A DNA stretch of 64,000 bases. It comes from Octopus sinensis (lineage: Eukaryota). Every line of letters begins with the position of its first letter. The stretch's first letter is position 1. Shown piece by piece: positions 1 to 13,615 of this stretch. Where the stretch lies: assembly GCF_006345805.1 (NCBI RefSeq), contig NC_043002.1, positions 42,222,001-42,286,000 of the forward strand, read 5' to 3'. The notes below the pieces were generated by a model. The model was not told the DNA's origin. It ran no database searches and saw only the letters and a program-made list of their open reading frames with translations. Position numbers and translations under genes: made by a program.

Positions 1-190
1 CATACATACATACATACATACATAATACATACACACATACATACATACATACATGTGCATACATGCATACGTAGATACATACATATATACATATATAGAT
101 GTGCATACATGCATACATAGATATGTACATACATACATACATACATACATACATACATACATACATACATACATACATACATACATACAT
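1..190. repeat. (CATA)n microsatellite
   Basis: Direct tetranucleotide repeat. Confidence 0.98.
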
Positions 191-332
191 CTATGGACCG
201 TTGATAAGGAGCTTGAAAATCCTGTACCCAAGATGCACTTTCAGCTTCATATCTATTATTATTGGAGCAACAGGATGTATACCAACCCGTCTGGAACAAA
301 GTATGGCTGAACTTGAGATCGTAGTGAGTGAA

Positions 333-335
<3 letters not shown>
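190..335 (+). mobile_element. C-terminal fragment of an RLE-type non-LTR retrotransposon ORF (R2/R4/NeSL-like)
   Basis: Translation YGPLIRSLKILYPRCTFSFISIIIGATGCIPTRLEQSMAELEI resembles the Y-x-x-L...P-I-I-I-G-A-L-G segment ending RLE domains; a related copy lies at 5205-5300. Confidence 0.6.
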
Positions 336-365
<30 letters not shown>

Positions 366-367
<2 letters not shown>

Positions 368-493
368 CTTTATCAAGAATAGTATTGATAGTGACTTCAA
401 AGTTTCGGTCAGCTAAGCCATCATCAGACAATCCGAAGATGTCTTAGCTGATCAAATTTCGAAGTTACTGTCAATGCTATTCTTGTTAAAGAA
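366..493. repeat. Imperfect inverted repeat (about 57-bp arms) made of two opposed hammerhead-like units
   Basis: Arms 366-422 and 438-493 are reverse complements with about 9 differences, mostly transitions. Confidence 0.9.
387..433 (-). ncRNA. Type I hammerhead ribozyme motif with canonical core
   Basis: Minus strand reads GAUUGU CUGAUGA U GGCUUAGCUGACC GAAA CUUUGAAG UC / ACUAUC. Stem I pairs 5 of 6, stem III is near-palindromic and the triplet is GUC. Confidence 0.75.
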
Positions 494-552
494 AAATAAA
501 TTTGCACTTTAAAATTTATGTAAAATTGTTTTTATTATAAAAACTTTTACGT

Positions 553-1380
553 GGGCGTGGCTGTGTGGTAAGAAGTTCGCTTCCTAGCCACATGGTTCCG
601 GATTCAGTCCCACTGCGTGACACCTTGAGTAAGTGTCTTCTTCTATAGTCGCGAGTTGTCCAAGGCTAAAGTAGAAAACACTTTCCGATTTATATATATG
701 CATACCAAGGCCTTGTGAGTGGTTTTGGTAGACGGAAACTGAAAGAAGCCCGTCGTATATGAAAAATCAACGAAAATGCACATTGTAAATAAAAAAAAAG
801 GCTTCTTATGACTGGTAACGACAAATATATACATTTAGATTGACTGAGGTAGTAATGAAAGTCATAAAAGTCATTATTATGAGATGATTATAAGATGATA
901 ATAAAGTAAGAGAACAAAGCGAACCATGGTTTCCGCAAAGCTATTCATCGCTTTGAAAACACAGGTGTGTGGGGGTGTTTTTTGTGTCTGTGTCTGTCCC
1001 CACCACTACTTGACACCCGATGTTCCTGTGTTTCTGTCCCCGTAAATTAGCGGTTCAGCAAAGGAGACCGATAAAAAAAATACCAGGCTTTACAAAAATA
1101 AGTACTGGGGTCGATTCGTTCAACTAAAATTCTTCGAAGCGGTGCCCCAACTTGTACCCCATAGCTACAACTTGACAACCGGTGCTGGTTTATTTACGTT
1201 CCCCTAACTTAACGGTGCGGCAAAAGACACTGATATTATAAGGACTAGATTTTCTTTAAAGACAGCCCCCCCCCCGCCACCCAGTTATTACTGGGGTCGA
1301 TATGTTCGACAAAACCCTTCGGTATGGTATCCCAACATGGCTTATAGTCAATTGACTGGAACAAGGAAAGGGTAAGATAA
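553..1380 (+). mobile_element. SINE family A (tRNA head, CORE-like centre), split and with a duplicated 3' half
   Basis: Head GTGGCTGTGTGGTAAG...GGTTCCGGATTCAGTCCC and core CACCTTGAGTAAGTGTCTTC; 3' halves at about 965-1160 and 1168-1380. Confidence 0.85.
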
Positions 1381-1514
1381 GAAAAATATATTTATCGGGT
1401 TTATGGTTAAGGATTAAACTTACAGACACTTCTAGCTTCCAGTTCTTTATTCAAAGTGACCGATAAGATATATTTTATCGGACGCACGGTTATGGGTTAA
1501 AACAGGTTAAACTT

Positions 1515-3000
<1,486 letters not shown>

Positions 3001-3974
3001 TAACACATGTCTTGGAAACGTTCAGAACAAAACAAAGTAAAACACTAATAAAAGAACCGAAAGATGAAAATACAAGAATAGTCATTGTGAATACAGTTCT
3101 GTGACAGGCTGGAGATACGAAGATATTGATGTGTGACCTTGCCAATCCCTATAGGCCTAACCAAATGGGAATGCATTGTTGCAAGCTATGAGCGTGCATT
3201 GTATGTGCATTGACACCTCCTGCTTCTTCACCCCCCACCGACTACATCACTTACACTTTATGCCACCATGAAATGTTTTTATGTAAAACTCGAGTGAAAC
3301 GCATTAGAAACATGCGAACAGCTTATGCAGATGAATGGAGACCCGTAATGCAGAGCCAACCATTACAATGGACTCATCGTTTTTCAGTAGAGCACTGACA
3401 TGAAGATGATTCATCCGTACATGGAGCACAACGTGGACTAGAGTTACCAACAGGGAAAAATAAAGTATTTATTTGGAATATATAGTTAATTGGATGCCTA
3501 GTAGCAATAACAAGACAAGGATGCCGATACGCTGTCACTAAACATACTAGAAATAACAACCATTAACTCCTCAATTCATAACCGTCTATTTTGTTTCTAT
3601 CTGTTTTTAAGGAAAGCTACACTTGATAAACTAGATCAAAGATTTACGCTGTACTACAGTAAAAAGTGATGGTCACGGCTGGAACTTTTGACCACATGTT
3701 TGCTCAATTAAAGTGTTTATATGGGAAAGGGCATTCAACAACAACAATCACAGCTGTAGCAGAAGGAGAACGAGAACAGGACGGTGTCTGTATTTGAAAC
3801 ACTAGGTTAAGTCAAATGGTTTTCGGATTTTCACTGATGATTTTTAGCAACTAGTATCTCCATGTCATATCATTAATTTGATACAAGTTGTCGTCCAATT
3901 GTTGCTGAATTGTTTATTCTTTACTTTCATTTATAACATAACATTAATTGCTTGTTCTTTATTTTCACATGTGA

Positions 3975-4291
3975 GGGCGCGTGGCTTAGTGGTTAGGGCA
4001 TTCGGCTCATGATCGTAAGGTTGTGAGTTCGATTCCCGGCGACGCGTTGTGTCCTTGAGCAAGACACTTTATTTCACGTTGCTCCAGTCCACTCAGCTGG
4101 CAAAAATGAGTTGTACTTGTATTTCAAAGGGTCAGCCTTGTCACTCTCTGTGTCACGCTGATTATCCCCGAGAACTACGTTAAGTGTACACGTGTCTGTG
4201 GAATGCTCAGCCATTTGCACGTTAATTTCACGAGCAAGCTGTTCCGTTGATCGTATCAGCTGGGACCCTCGTCGTCGTAACCGGCGGAGTC
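3975..4291 (+). mobile_element. SINE family C, full-length, with target-site duplication
   Basis: A box TGGCTTAGTGG, B box GTTCGATTCC, core GTGTCCTTGAGCAAGACACTT; TTTATTTTCACAT flanks both sides (3958-3970 and 4293-4305). Confidence 0.92.
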
Positions 4292-4329
4292 TTTTATTTT
4301 CACATATATCATATATGCATTAATTGTCT

Positions 4330-4700
4330 GCGAGCTGGCGGAAACGTTAGCACGCCGGGCGGAATGCCTAGCGGTATTTCGTCTGCTGCTACGTTCTGAG
4401 TTCAAATTCCACCGATGTCGACTTTGCCTTTCATCCTTTCGGGGTCGATTAAATAAGTACCAGTTACGCACTGGGGTCGATATAATCGATTTAATCCATC
4501 TGTCTGTCCTTGTTTGTCTCCTTTGTGTTTAGCCCCTTGTGGGTAGTAAAGAAATAGGTATTTCGTCTGCCATTAAGTTCTGAGTTCAAATTCCACCGAG
4601 TTCGACTTTGCCTTTCATCCTTTCGGGGTTGATAAATTACGTACAAGTAATCGATTCTCCCTCCCCCAAAATTTCGGGACTTGTGCCTAGAGTAGAAAAA
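4330..4700 (+). mobile_element. SINE family B dimer (head, core, tail 1, core, tail 2)
   Basis: B box GTTCAAATTCC; core GTCGACTTTGCCTTTCATCCTTTCGGGGTCGAT (recalled as Meta-SINE-like); junction GAAATA/GGTATTTCG at 4556/4557. Confidence 0.93.
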
Positions 4701-5204
4701 AATAAAGAAAAAGAAAAAAAGTTGTTTGAGTCGTGAGAGAATTGCAATTGGAGTCATTTTACACTACCTGTGGTAAAAAGGACTGAATGCAAGGGTACCA
4801 ATAAAAGAACTTAAGGACTCGGAAGGCCCAGGAACTATCAACGAACGTGTGGCACAAAACTGGTTCTGATATTTCAAGGGAGGGGACACCAGCCTCGAAA
4901 ACAAACTAAGGTCAGGGAGATCTGTTGTGGAAGATGAGGCCTTACTTCAAATTATTGAACAGCAGTCAAGCACAAACACGTGCACATTGATCACAATATC
5001 AAGGACTATAAAAATCTGAAAGACCTTAAGATTTAAAGGATGACAGTTAAATCAAGATACTTTCCTTCGCAACCTTGCTACTATGTAGGTGGCTGATCAA
5101 AATTTACTCTAAAATTAAAAAGAGAAAGAGAAGATACATACATACATACATACATACATACATACATACATACTACATACATACATACATATATACATAC
5201 ATAC

Positions 5205-5300
5205 ATCTTTCAGCTTCATACCTATTGTTATTAGAGGAAGAGGATATGTACCAACCCATCTGGGAAAAGTATAGATGAACTTGGGTTCTTGGGCGAGAGA
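5205..5300 (+). mobile_element. Degenerate RLE LINE C-terminal fragment
   Basis: Aligns by eye with 237-320; translates SFIPIVIRGRGYVPTHLGKV. Confidence 0.5.
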
Positions 5301-5567
5301 GAACGTAACTCTGTAATTCATACACTACAATTGATCTCGAATTTCACAATTTCATCAGCATTCAATCAAGTCTCCTCCCAATGTACTCATTAGAATTAAT
5401 AAAGTTGACATGACTCACTTTGCAACCGTGTGGTTTCGAGTTCAGTCCCATTGCTCGGCACCTTGGGCAAATGTCTTCTACTAGAGTCCTGGCCTAGTAA
5501 AAGAAATTGGTTGACGGAAACTGTGAGGAAACCTGTCGTATATATATACATACATACATACATACAT

Positions 5568-5598
<31 letters not shown>

Positions 5599-5831
5599 TA
5601 CACACACACACAATACATAATATATATATATATCATATTATATATATATATATATATAATATATATATATTGTATCTATATATATATACAAGATAAGAAA
5701 AGATAATAAACTTTGTTGGGTACTCACTAGCAGTATATTGGATATAGTTATCCCATGTAGGGTGCATTACAACCCCTATCTCAATTGTAAATATATATAT
5801 ATGTTATATATATATATATATTATTCTCCAT

Positions 5832-6358
5832 CTCACTTGCCGTAGGGAGCTTGTCTCCTTTGTCAGTCGTAAGAAAGAGCTCACATGTGGCTAAGAGTTG
5901 TGTTGACTCTTATTTCTAGCAACGATGGTGCTGACTTGCACCCTTCATCACTTTAGTGACGACTATACACTTGTTACCTTTCGGGTCTAAATTACGAATA
6001 GCCACCTTAATAATTTAATATTCCCACTTCACAATTTTCGAAATCAGTGAGTGTTCCCTATGGTGTTCGCCATAAGACTGACAAAGTGACTTAGGTTCTT
6101 TAACCCTCGGCAACAGAGAAATGGATCACTGGTGACGGTTAATCAAATCTGAAATCAGCGCTGACATGACTCAATCTCGCTTGCCGTAGGGAGCTTGTCT
6201 CTCTCGTCAGTCGTTATAAAAGTGCTCTCACGTGGCTAAAAGTAGTTTTGACTCTTATTTCTAGCGATGTTGGTGCTGACTAGCACCCTCCGTCACTTTA
6301 ATGACGACTTTACTTGTTGCCTTTCGGTTGTAAATTGCGAATAGCCACCTTAATAATT
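5832..6358. repeat. Two direct copies (5832-6015, 6176-6358) of a hairpin-rich unit of about 185 bp
   Basis: Both start CTC(A/G)CTTGCCGTAGGGAGCTTGTCTC and end GAATAGCCACCTTAATAATT; period 344 bp. Confidence 0.9.
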
Positions 6359-6490
6359 CATATATATACTTCTAGTTGTGGTGTCCTGTACTCACGTATA
6401 TATATTTATATATGCATGTATATATACATGTAGATGTAGGTACGTACATATATGTTTGTATGTATGCATATATTTTATTTATTACACTAG

Positions 6491-6570
<80 letters not shown>

Positions 6571-6744
6571 CCATGTGGATTCCTCATTCCATTACGATTA
6601 CCCAGAAGGCGCGCATGGCAGAATTTTGGAGGGAAAATTTACGTTCCCAGTCGTTACTTAGTTTTAACATCTGCGCACTTCCTCCCACTATCTGATGTCG
6701 CTGGGTCAGAAGTGAGGGCCGGTGGCATTTGGTAAAGCTATCGA

Positions 6745-6813
6745 ATATAGCGCCGATTACGGAAATCAAACTACTTTTCTATGTTTGTGATCCAGAAACA
6801 CGTGTTCGTTATT
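6745..6813 (+). ncRNA. Degenerate (fossil) type I hammerhead motif
   Basis: UAUAGCG CCGAUUA C GGAAAUCAAAC...GUUUGUGAUCC A GAAA CACGUG UU / CGUUAUU. Stems are present but the core has two substitutions. Confidence 0.45.
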
Positions 6814-6990
6814 AACGGTAAGTGACTGTTTGCGTCTATTTGCTACTCCGGTTTTGTGTATGTGAGCCGCACGGGCCTTCGTTTTTGGAATCTCCACTTA
6901 TAGAAAATGGAAAAAAACGGTCTTTGACTGCCATTTCTAATTCCTTCGGTATGAGGCGAAACAGCCTGCTGCTAGCCATCTTATTTACTT

Positions 6991-7033
<43 letters not shown>

Positions 7034-7051
7034 TAGATAGATAGATAGAAC

Positions 7052-7098
<47 letters not shown>

Positions 7099-7679
7099 TA
7101 CACATGCATGTGTGTGCGAGTGTGTCTTTGTGACTATTCTCGCCACTGCTTGACAACCGAAGATGGTTTGTTTACGACGACATAACTTAGCAGTTTAACA
7201 AAAAAGACCGACAGAAGTACCAGACTTAAATACACACACACACACAAAACAAAATGCACTGGGGTAGAATCCTTTAACTAACCTATCAAAACGATGCCTC
7301 ACCATGGCTACAAATGAATGACTGAAACAAGTAACAGAAAAACAAATAAATATAACAAAGAGCTTGCGAGTGACACATCTCATTTACATAATGGTACAAG
7401 GATGGTGGATAATAATTTCTAGAGTACCAAATACAAGTTCATGAATAAATATAATATATAGACTCATATCATGCAGTCCATATAACGCATCTAATAATAA
7501 ATGTCTTTTTTATGACCTGACTGGATGTTAATAAATCTATTGTTTCCATTTTATTTCCGTTCCGTAAATTTCTCTACATTTCTGCACACTGTCTGAAAGC
7601 AGTAACAAAAAAAAAAAACAGTTGGGAAAAAAAGGAATAAACTAAAACTGCGCCGTTTCGCATCATTTGCGTCTATTTG

Positions 7680-7719
<40 letters not shown>

Positions 7720-7945
7720 ACATGATGTGTATATGTGTGAGTGTGGATTTATGCATTCATATCCATATATATGTATACATACATACATACATACATACAT
7801 ACATACATGTGTGTAAATATATGTAAATGTGTGTGTGTATGCATATATATATATATATATAAATATAATATATATGTAATATGCATATACATATAAGTGT
7901 CAACACACACATGCACATACACACACACACGCATACATATATATA

Positions 7946-7992
<47 letters not shown>

Positions 7993-8614
7993 TATTATAT
8001 ATATATAATATATATATATTACATATACATATATATATATCTATATATATATATACGTATATCTATATACATAACGTTGAATATACATATATGTATGTAT
8101 ATATTATATAATATATATTAAATATTATATTATATATTATATATTATATTATGACATTAAATGTCTAAATACCTTTAATGTTTTAGACATTTCCCTACCA
8201 AGAGCACTTATTAGAAATTCAGTATATTGTATTATCATTGAATATATTTGATTAACGATATATATAGGGGGGGACGCGTGCATTTGCATAATTGTATGTG
8301 TGCGTGTCGCGTGCGCGCGTGTGTATGTATGTATGCGTGCGTGCGCTCGTGTGCGTGTGCTGCGTGTTTGTGCGTGCTGGCGAAGTGGCCGAGTTGGATA
8401 GAATGCCTGCCGTTATTTGTTCCGCCTCTGTGCTCCGAGTTTAAATCCTGCAATGACCTGCTGTGGTGGATGATTTCATCTCATGCCAGGCTTTACGCCA
8501 CTTCAGTGATGCAAATATTTAAGCCAGTTTTCTAAATTTGAGTCTGCTCTTTTCTCCCCAGTGTCCGCAAACTTAGTAAAGACTCAAGAGCACTGCCGTC
8601 CCTCCAGATATATA

Positions 8615-8667
<53 letters not shown>

Positions 8668-8688
8668 TATATATATATAGGGTAATAT

Positions 8689-9070
8689 ATAAAATATATG
8701 CATACATACAAACATATATGTACGTACCTACATCTACATGTATATATACATGCATATATAAATATATATACGTGAGTACAGGACACCACAACTAGACGTA
8801 GAACTCAACGAGAAACGAAAACGGAAAAACCATTTTTTTACAACAGAAAAACAGAGTACAAGACATACTACACAAGGAAAAATCCCCTTCATCTGCTGTC
8901 ACTAGTTCGACTCTAGCGTGTTTCGAAGGCAAGACAGAACACGACTCGCCAATAGTCCTTCCTGCGAGAGAATTAAAATAAAATTACCTCGCAGAGGGGT
9001 AAAAACAAGCAAGAAAAAATGTAACACAAACAGGACGTAAAAACGATACAAATAAAACTACAAAATAAAA
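8689..9070 (-). mobile_element. Penelope-like terminal repeat, inverted copy
   Basis: Reverse complement of about 11230-11620 (GCCTTCGAAACACG...GACAGC..ATGAAGGGGATTTTTCCTTGTGTAG and the AT-rich 107-bp block). Confidence 0.75.
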
Positions 9071-9470
9071 TACATAGATGAGATCCAAATATTCTCCGTA
9101 TAGAATGCACCTGATGGTGCTCATGACATTTAAATTTGAGCGAGTATAGAGGTAAATGTAGGGATAAGCGAATTAGACACATCTATATATAAAGGTATTA
9201 AATACATGAAATACAAAAAACGTACACACACACACACACACACACACAACACACACACACACAAAGGTCTAACCTACACAGCTTAGAAATGATATAGGGA
9301 ATTAAAGGGGTAGAGGAAAAAATAAATTCTCTAAACCATTTCTAATCTGTGTAAGTTGGAACTTTTTATATGTATATATATATTATATAATATATATTAT
9401 ATATATATAATATATATATATATATGTAGTCATTTTTGTATTTCATGCATTTAATAAACGTTATATAATA

Positions 9471-9512
<42 letters not shown>

Positions 9513-10264
9513 TATATATAATAGGATAAAAGTTTTCGAAAAAATTCTATCAATGGCATATTAAAAAATACTTTAACGGTTAAATTTATAAACAACTTAT
9601 AAACTAGGGCAAAAGAAAAGAAATTCTAATGCCAAATATGCCGAAAATAGACATATCGTCAATAACCATATAATTCATCACTTTATATATATATATAGTA
9701 TTTCGTTTTCGTTTTGCAAGATTCTTTATGTGAATTCGTGTGTTGATGTATATTTTATTGTGTCAAGGGAGAGTCATTCTTTTTAAACCCTTATTAATTA
9801 ACACACTCACTGGTTCGATTTCTACTCAGCTGTTTATTTTTTCTAAAATTTTCTTTGCTTCTGGCAACCTCTTCAATAGTCGTTGACTCTGTTATCGGAG
9901 CTCTGTTATTATTGTTTGTTTGTTTGTGCGCATGTGTGTACGTCATTGTGCATGTGTATACACATATGTATGTATGTATGTGTGTGTGTGCGTGTATGTA
10001 TGTATGTATCTATGTATGTATGTATGTGTGTGTGTGTGTATGTATGTATGAGTGTGTGTGTATGCATTTATATATGTATGCGTATGTGTACGTTTGTATG
10101 TATTCTGCATATTCATGTGTTTGTGTGTTCATATTTGTGTGGTTGTATATGTATGTGAATATGTGTATGTGTATTTGTGTGTGTATCACTGTCTCCTTGT
10201 GTGTGCATGTTTGAGTATGTCTATGTGTATGGGTTTGTGTGACCTATGTACGTGCATTTGGTAT

Positions 10265-10580
10265 GTAAGATTAACGCTGTCATTAACTGCAGAACTAGAA
10301 ATGTAGTCTACAACATAAGGCGTATAGATAGTGCTTGTAAAGACAAGAATAGGACATACATTGGTGAGACATCTAGAAGCATTGTAGAGAGACTAAATGC
10401 ACATTTGAAACAATATGACGACAAAAGACAGTCTTCATATTCTAGCAACATGCCAAAGACCAACATGGAAGCACACTGGGTCGACTTGGCATTCGCATTT
10501 TATCCAAGAACGCGAAGGACCCAAGACTCAGACAAAAACAGGAGTACGTCCCCATAAATGAAACACCCAGTACTAAATAG
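10265..10580 (+). mobile_element. Penelope-like element GIY-YIG endonuclease remnant (frameshifted)
   Basis: NCRTRNVVYNIR...TYIGETSRSIVERLNAH; after a frameshift QHAKDQHG...IRILSKNAKDPRLRQKQE. This matches the VVY...YIGET.R...R..EH pattern. Confidence 0.88.
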
Positions 10581-10619
10581 GAGATATACACAGAAGGTAG
10601 TGATATTCCAATACCCACA

Positions 10620-11619
10620 TCTTATACATGCACAGGTAGACTTGTTAGTCGGCTGTTATGTAGACGTATACGTACATATATGTTTGTATGTATGCATATA
10701 TTTTATTTATTACACTATTGTCTGACAGCGCTTCGCGTCGGGTTCGTTTGAATTTTCGATTTTTCGAATTCTCACTTCGTTCCGTCTCTTTCGTCCTTGT
10801 CCGTTTTTACAGTTTACTACAATGATGCGAAACTCTCTACCTTTGCTTTACCTTCCCCTCTCTCTCTCTCTCTTGCTCTCTCTACCTCTCCCTTCTCTCT
10901 AGCCTGTGTCTTCCTCTAACTGTCTCTCTCTCTCTCTCTCTCTCTCACTCCTCCTCACTTTCGTCACTGCTAAACCTTTCCGCCTGTTGCATTCAGGCCC
11001 TAAGGTCATGTTTCCTCGCGCTCGCCAGTTACCTTCTCGTCCCAGCCAGGACAACGGCCTTCGTTCGTCTTTTTCGTTTGTTCTCTTGTTTATTTTTGAT
11101 TTCTCGTATTGTAATTTAATTCTCGTTATGTATTTTCTTGTACTTGTATCTTTAATTTTGTATTATTTTTTTCTTGTATGTATTTTTTGTGCAGTTCTTT
11201 GTTACGTCCCTTTTTGTGTTACATTTTTTCTTGCTCGTTTACCCCTCTACGAGTTTATTTTATTTTAATTCTCTCGTAGGAAGGCTTAGCTTGACCTTAC
11301 GTGTTCTGTCTCTGCCTTCGAAACACGTGTCTGCTAGCGACAGCTAATGAAGGGGATTTTTCCTTGTGTAGCATGTCCTGTACTTCGTTTTTCTGTTGCA
11401 CATAATTGTTTTTCCCGTTTTCGTTTTCGTTTCGTCTTGTTCCACGTCTCTGTCCTTCTGTTGTAACAAAATGTCTTTTCCGTTTTCGTTCTGTTGATTT
11501 TTTCGTCTTCCTGTGATGTCCTGTACGTATATATATATATTTATATATTCATGTATATATACATGTAGATGTCGGTACGTACATATATGTTTGTATGTAT
11601 GCATATATTTTATTTATTA

Positions 11620-11625
<6 letters not shown>
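10620..11625 (+). mobile_element. Penelope-like pseudo-LTR downstream of the endonuclease
   Basis: T-rich low-complexity repeat after the ORF, bounded by two copies of the GTACGTACATATATGTTTGTATGTATGCATATATTTTATTTATTACACTA block (about 10670 and 11575). Confidence 0.65.
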
Positions 11626-11659
<34 letters not shown>

Positions 11660-11843
11660 TACTACTACTACTACAATTACTGCTAATATAGGATAGAGTT
11701 CGTCATTTCTATATTGAATTAATTTCGAGATTAATCGTATGGATTTTTCCCTCTTCAGTGGAAAATACGCTAAGAAATAAATGAAATACTTACATGCACC
11801 CATGGAAAAAAGCAAAAGCAAGAGTCATGAGTACACATAAGTA

Positions 11844-12235
11844 CCCCAGGGGGCTAAACACAGAGGGGACAAACAAAGACAGACAAAGGAATTAAGTCGA
11901 TTACATCGACCCTAGTGCGTAACTGGTACTTAATTAATCGACCCCGAAAGGATGAAAGGCAAAGTCGGCTTCGGCGGAATTTGAACTCAGAACGTAAAGA
12001 CAGACAAAATACCTACTTCTTTACTACCCACAAGGAGCTAGAGGGGACAAACAAGGACAGACAAACGGATTAAGTTGATTATATCTACTCCAGTGCGTAA
12101 CTGGTACTTATTTAATCGATCCCGAAAGGATGAAAGGCAAAGTCGACCTCAGCGGAATTTGAACTCAGAACGTAAAGACAGTGAAATACTGTTAAGCATT
12201 TCGCCCAGCGTGCTAAGTTTCTGCCAGCTCGCCGC
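11844..12235 (-). mobile_element. SINE-B dimer
   Basis: One head and two core+tail-1 units; junction at 12013/12014. Confidence 0.92.
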
Positions 12236-13615
12236 ATTACTGTTTCATAAATATTACCAAAATAAACGAGCTATATGTTTTCATAATATCTTAATGTATG
12301 AACGTTTTTTTGAAAATAGAGCTTTTGACATGAAAGTAATATTCACTTAAATCTTAACGTTCCACTTTTAGAAATCATTTAAAATATGTTGAATGATATT
12401 CAAACCCTTTCTTTAAGAAGACATTATATCATGCACACTGGCATTAAGACCCTTCATATAGAGAAATGTTTAGAATGCGATCTTTTTAATGTATCACGAG
12501 AAATAAATTTAATGATACGAGCAGGACTTTCACTTAACACTTAAATATTTCAAACCACGTGGGGTTACTTTCAAAGACTTCTATGGCTATTTCACACCGT
12601 CTGTGTTATTTCCCTCTGAAATCTGAAAATAGTTGAAATTCTCGCATAAAGTTTTCTATTTCGTCTTCAATTAAATTTATCATATTTCATGCACTGTACA
12701 CAAAAATACATTGTTATCATAACTGTGTGAAATATATCACATGGTCTTCAAATCAAATCGCTAGATTCAAAGCTTTATAGAAACGGAAAGCAACTGGTTT
12801 GTCAACATTTCACACATACCTTTACTAAGATTTTGCTAATAGTTCACACTTCTATGCTCAAATCCCGCAGAAATAAACTCTGCCTCTCATCCTTAGAATA
12901 CCAGACAAATACGAGGATCAGTTTAATCGATTTAGATTAACAAGGCTGATCTAGTGTATTTAGACTTAGCATTGTTGTATGGAATAGAGAGCGGAAGTTG
13001 AGAAACAGAAAAAATGCCTACAGAATTATATGGAATGTTTAAATATATTATAGTGGCCTACCCATGACTATCTTTGACATCGAATTAGCAGAGTTGCTAC
13101 AGCGTCGGATAAATAGCTCTGCATCATTCGTTCCACTGCTCTGGGTGCCATGGTCAAATTTACATCTCACTTTAGTGGGGGGCGGGTAAATAAAGTACCA
13201 GTCCAGCACATGTCTACTTTCTTTCGTTTTGTAGTGAGACCTGGCTGAGACATGAACCATAGCTCTCAGATTTTTCTGAGAGTTATGGTTCATATCTCAA
13301 ACGGAAGAATTATCAGAGGAGAAGGGCATGGAAGGATTATAGGTTCTATTCTACTCTACTCTTTAGATTGAATTTAAAAAATTAAAAACATGATTTGATA
13401 ACTCTACAACTGTTATTTACAGTATGCCGTGTTTAATGACACATAGGACGAACTACAAACTCAAAAATGTCTCAGAAAAATCACTGCGGGCCCTTTGAGC
13501 GAAGTTGGTGTCGCCTATTAACTCATTGCCTATCCAAAGCATTTTCATAAGTTTGTCACAGACTTCCATGCTTGTTTTCAGACTTTTAGTTGAGTTTTGT
13601 GCTTTTCTTTAAGAT

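Larger units (their letters stand above)
5422..7345 (+). mobile_element. Single SINE-A split at its internal microsatellite by about 1.5 kb of nested inserts
   Basis: Head and core at 5422-5545 end in CCTGTCGTATATA; matching 3' half at about 7110-7345 ends ATGACTGAAACAAGTAAC. Confidence 0.7.

Noticed and set aside
11270-11345. Hammerhead in the Penelope terminus (GAAGGC/GCCTTC, GAAACACGTGTC)
   Set aside because: No CUGANGA and no stem I; the inverted copy near 8900 lacks the palindrome.
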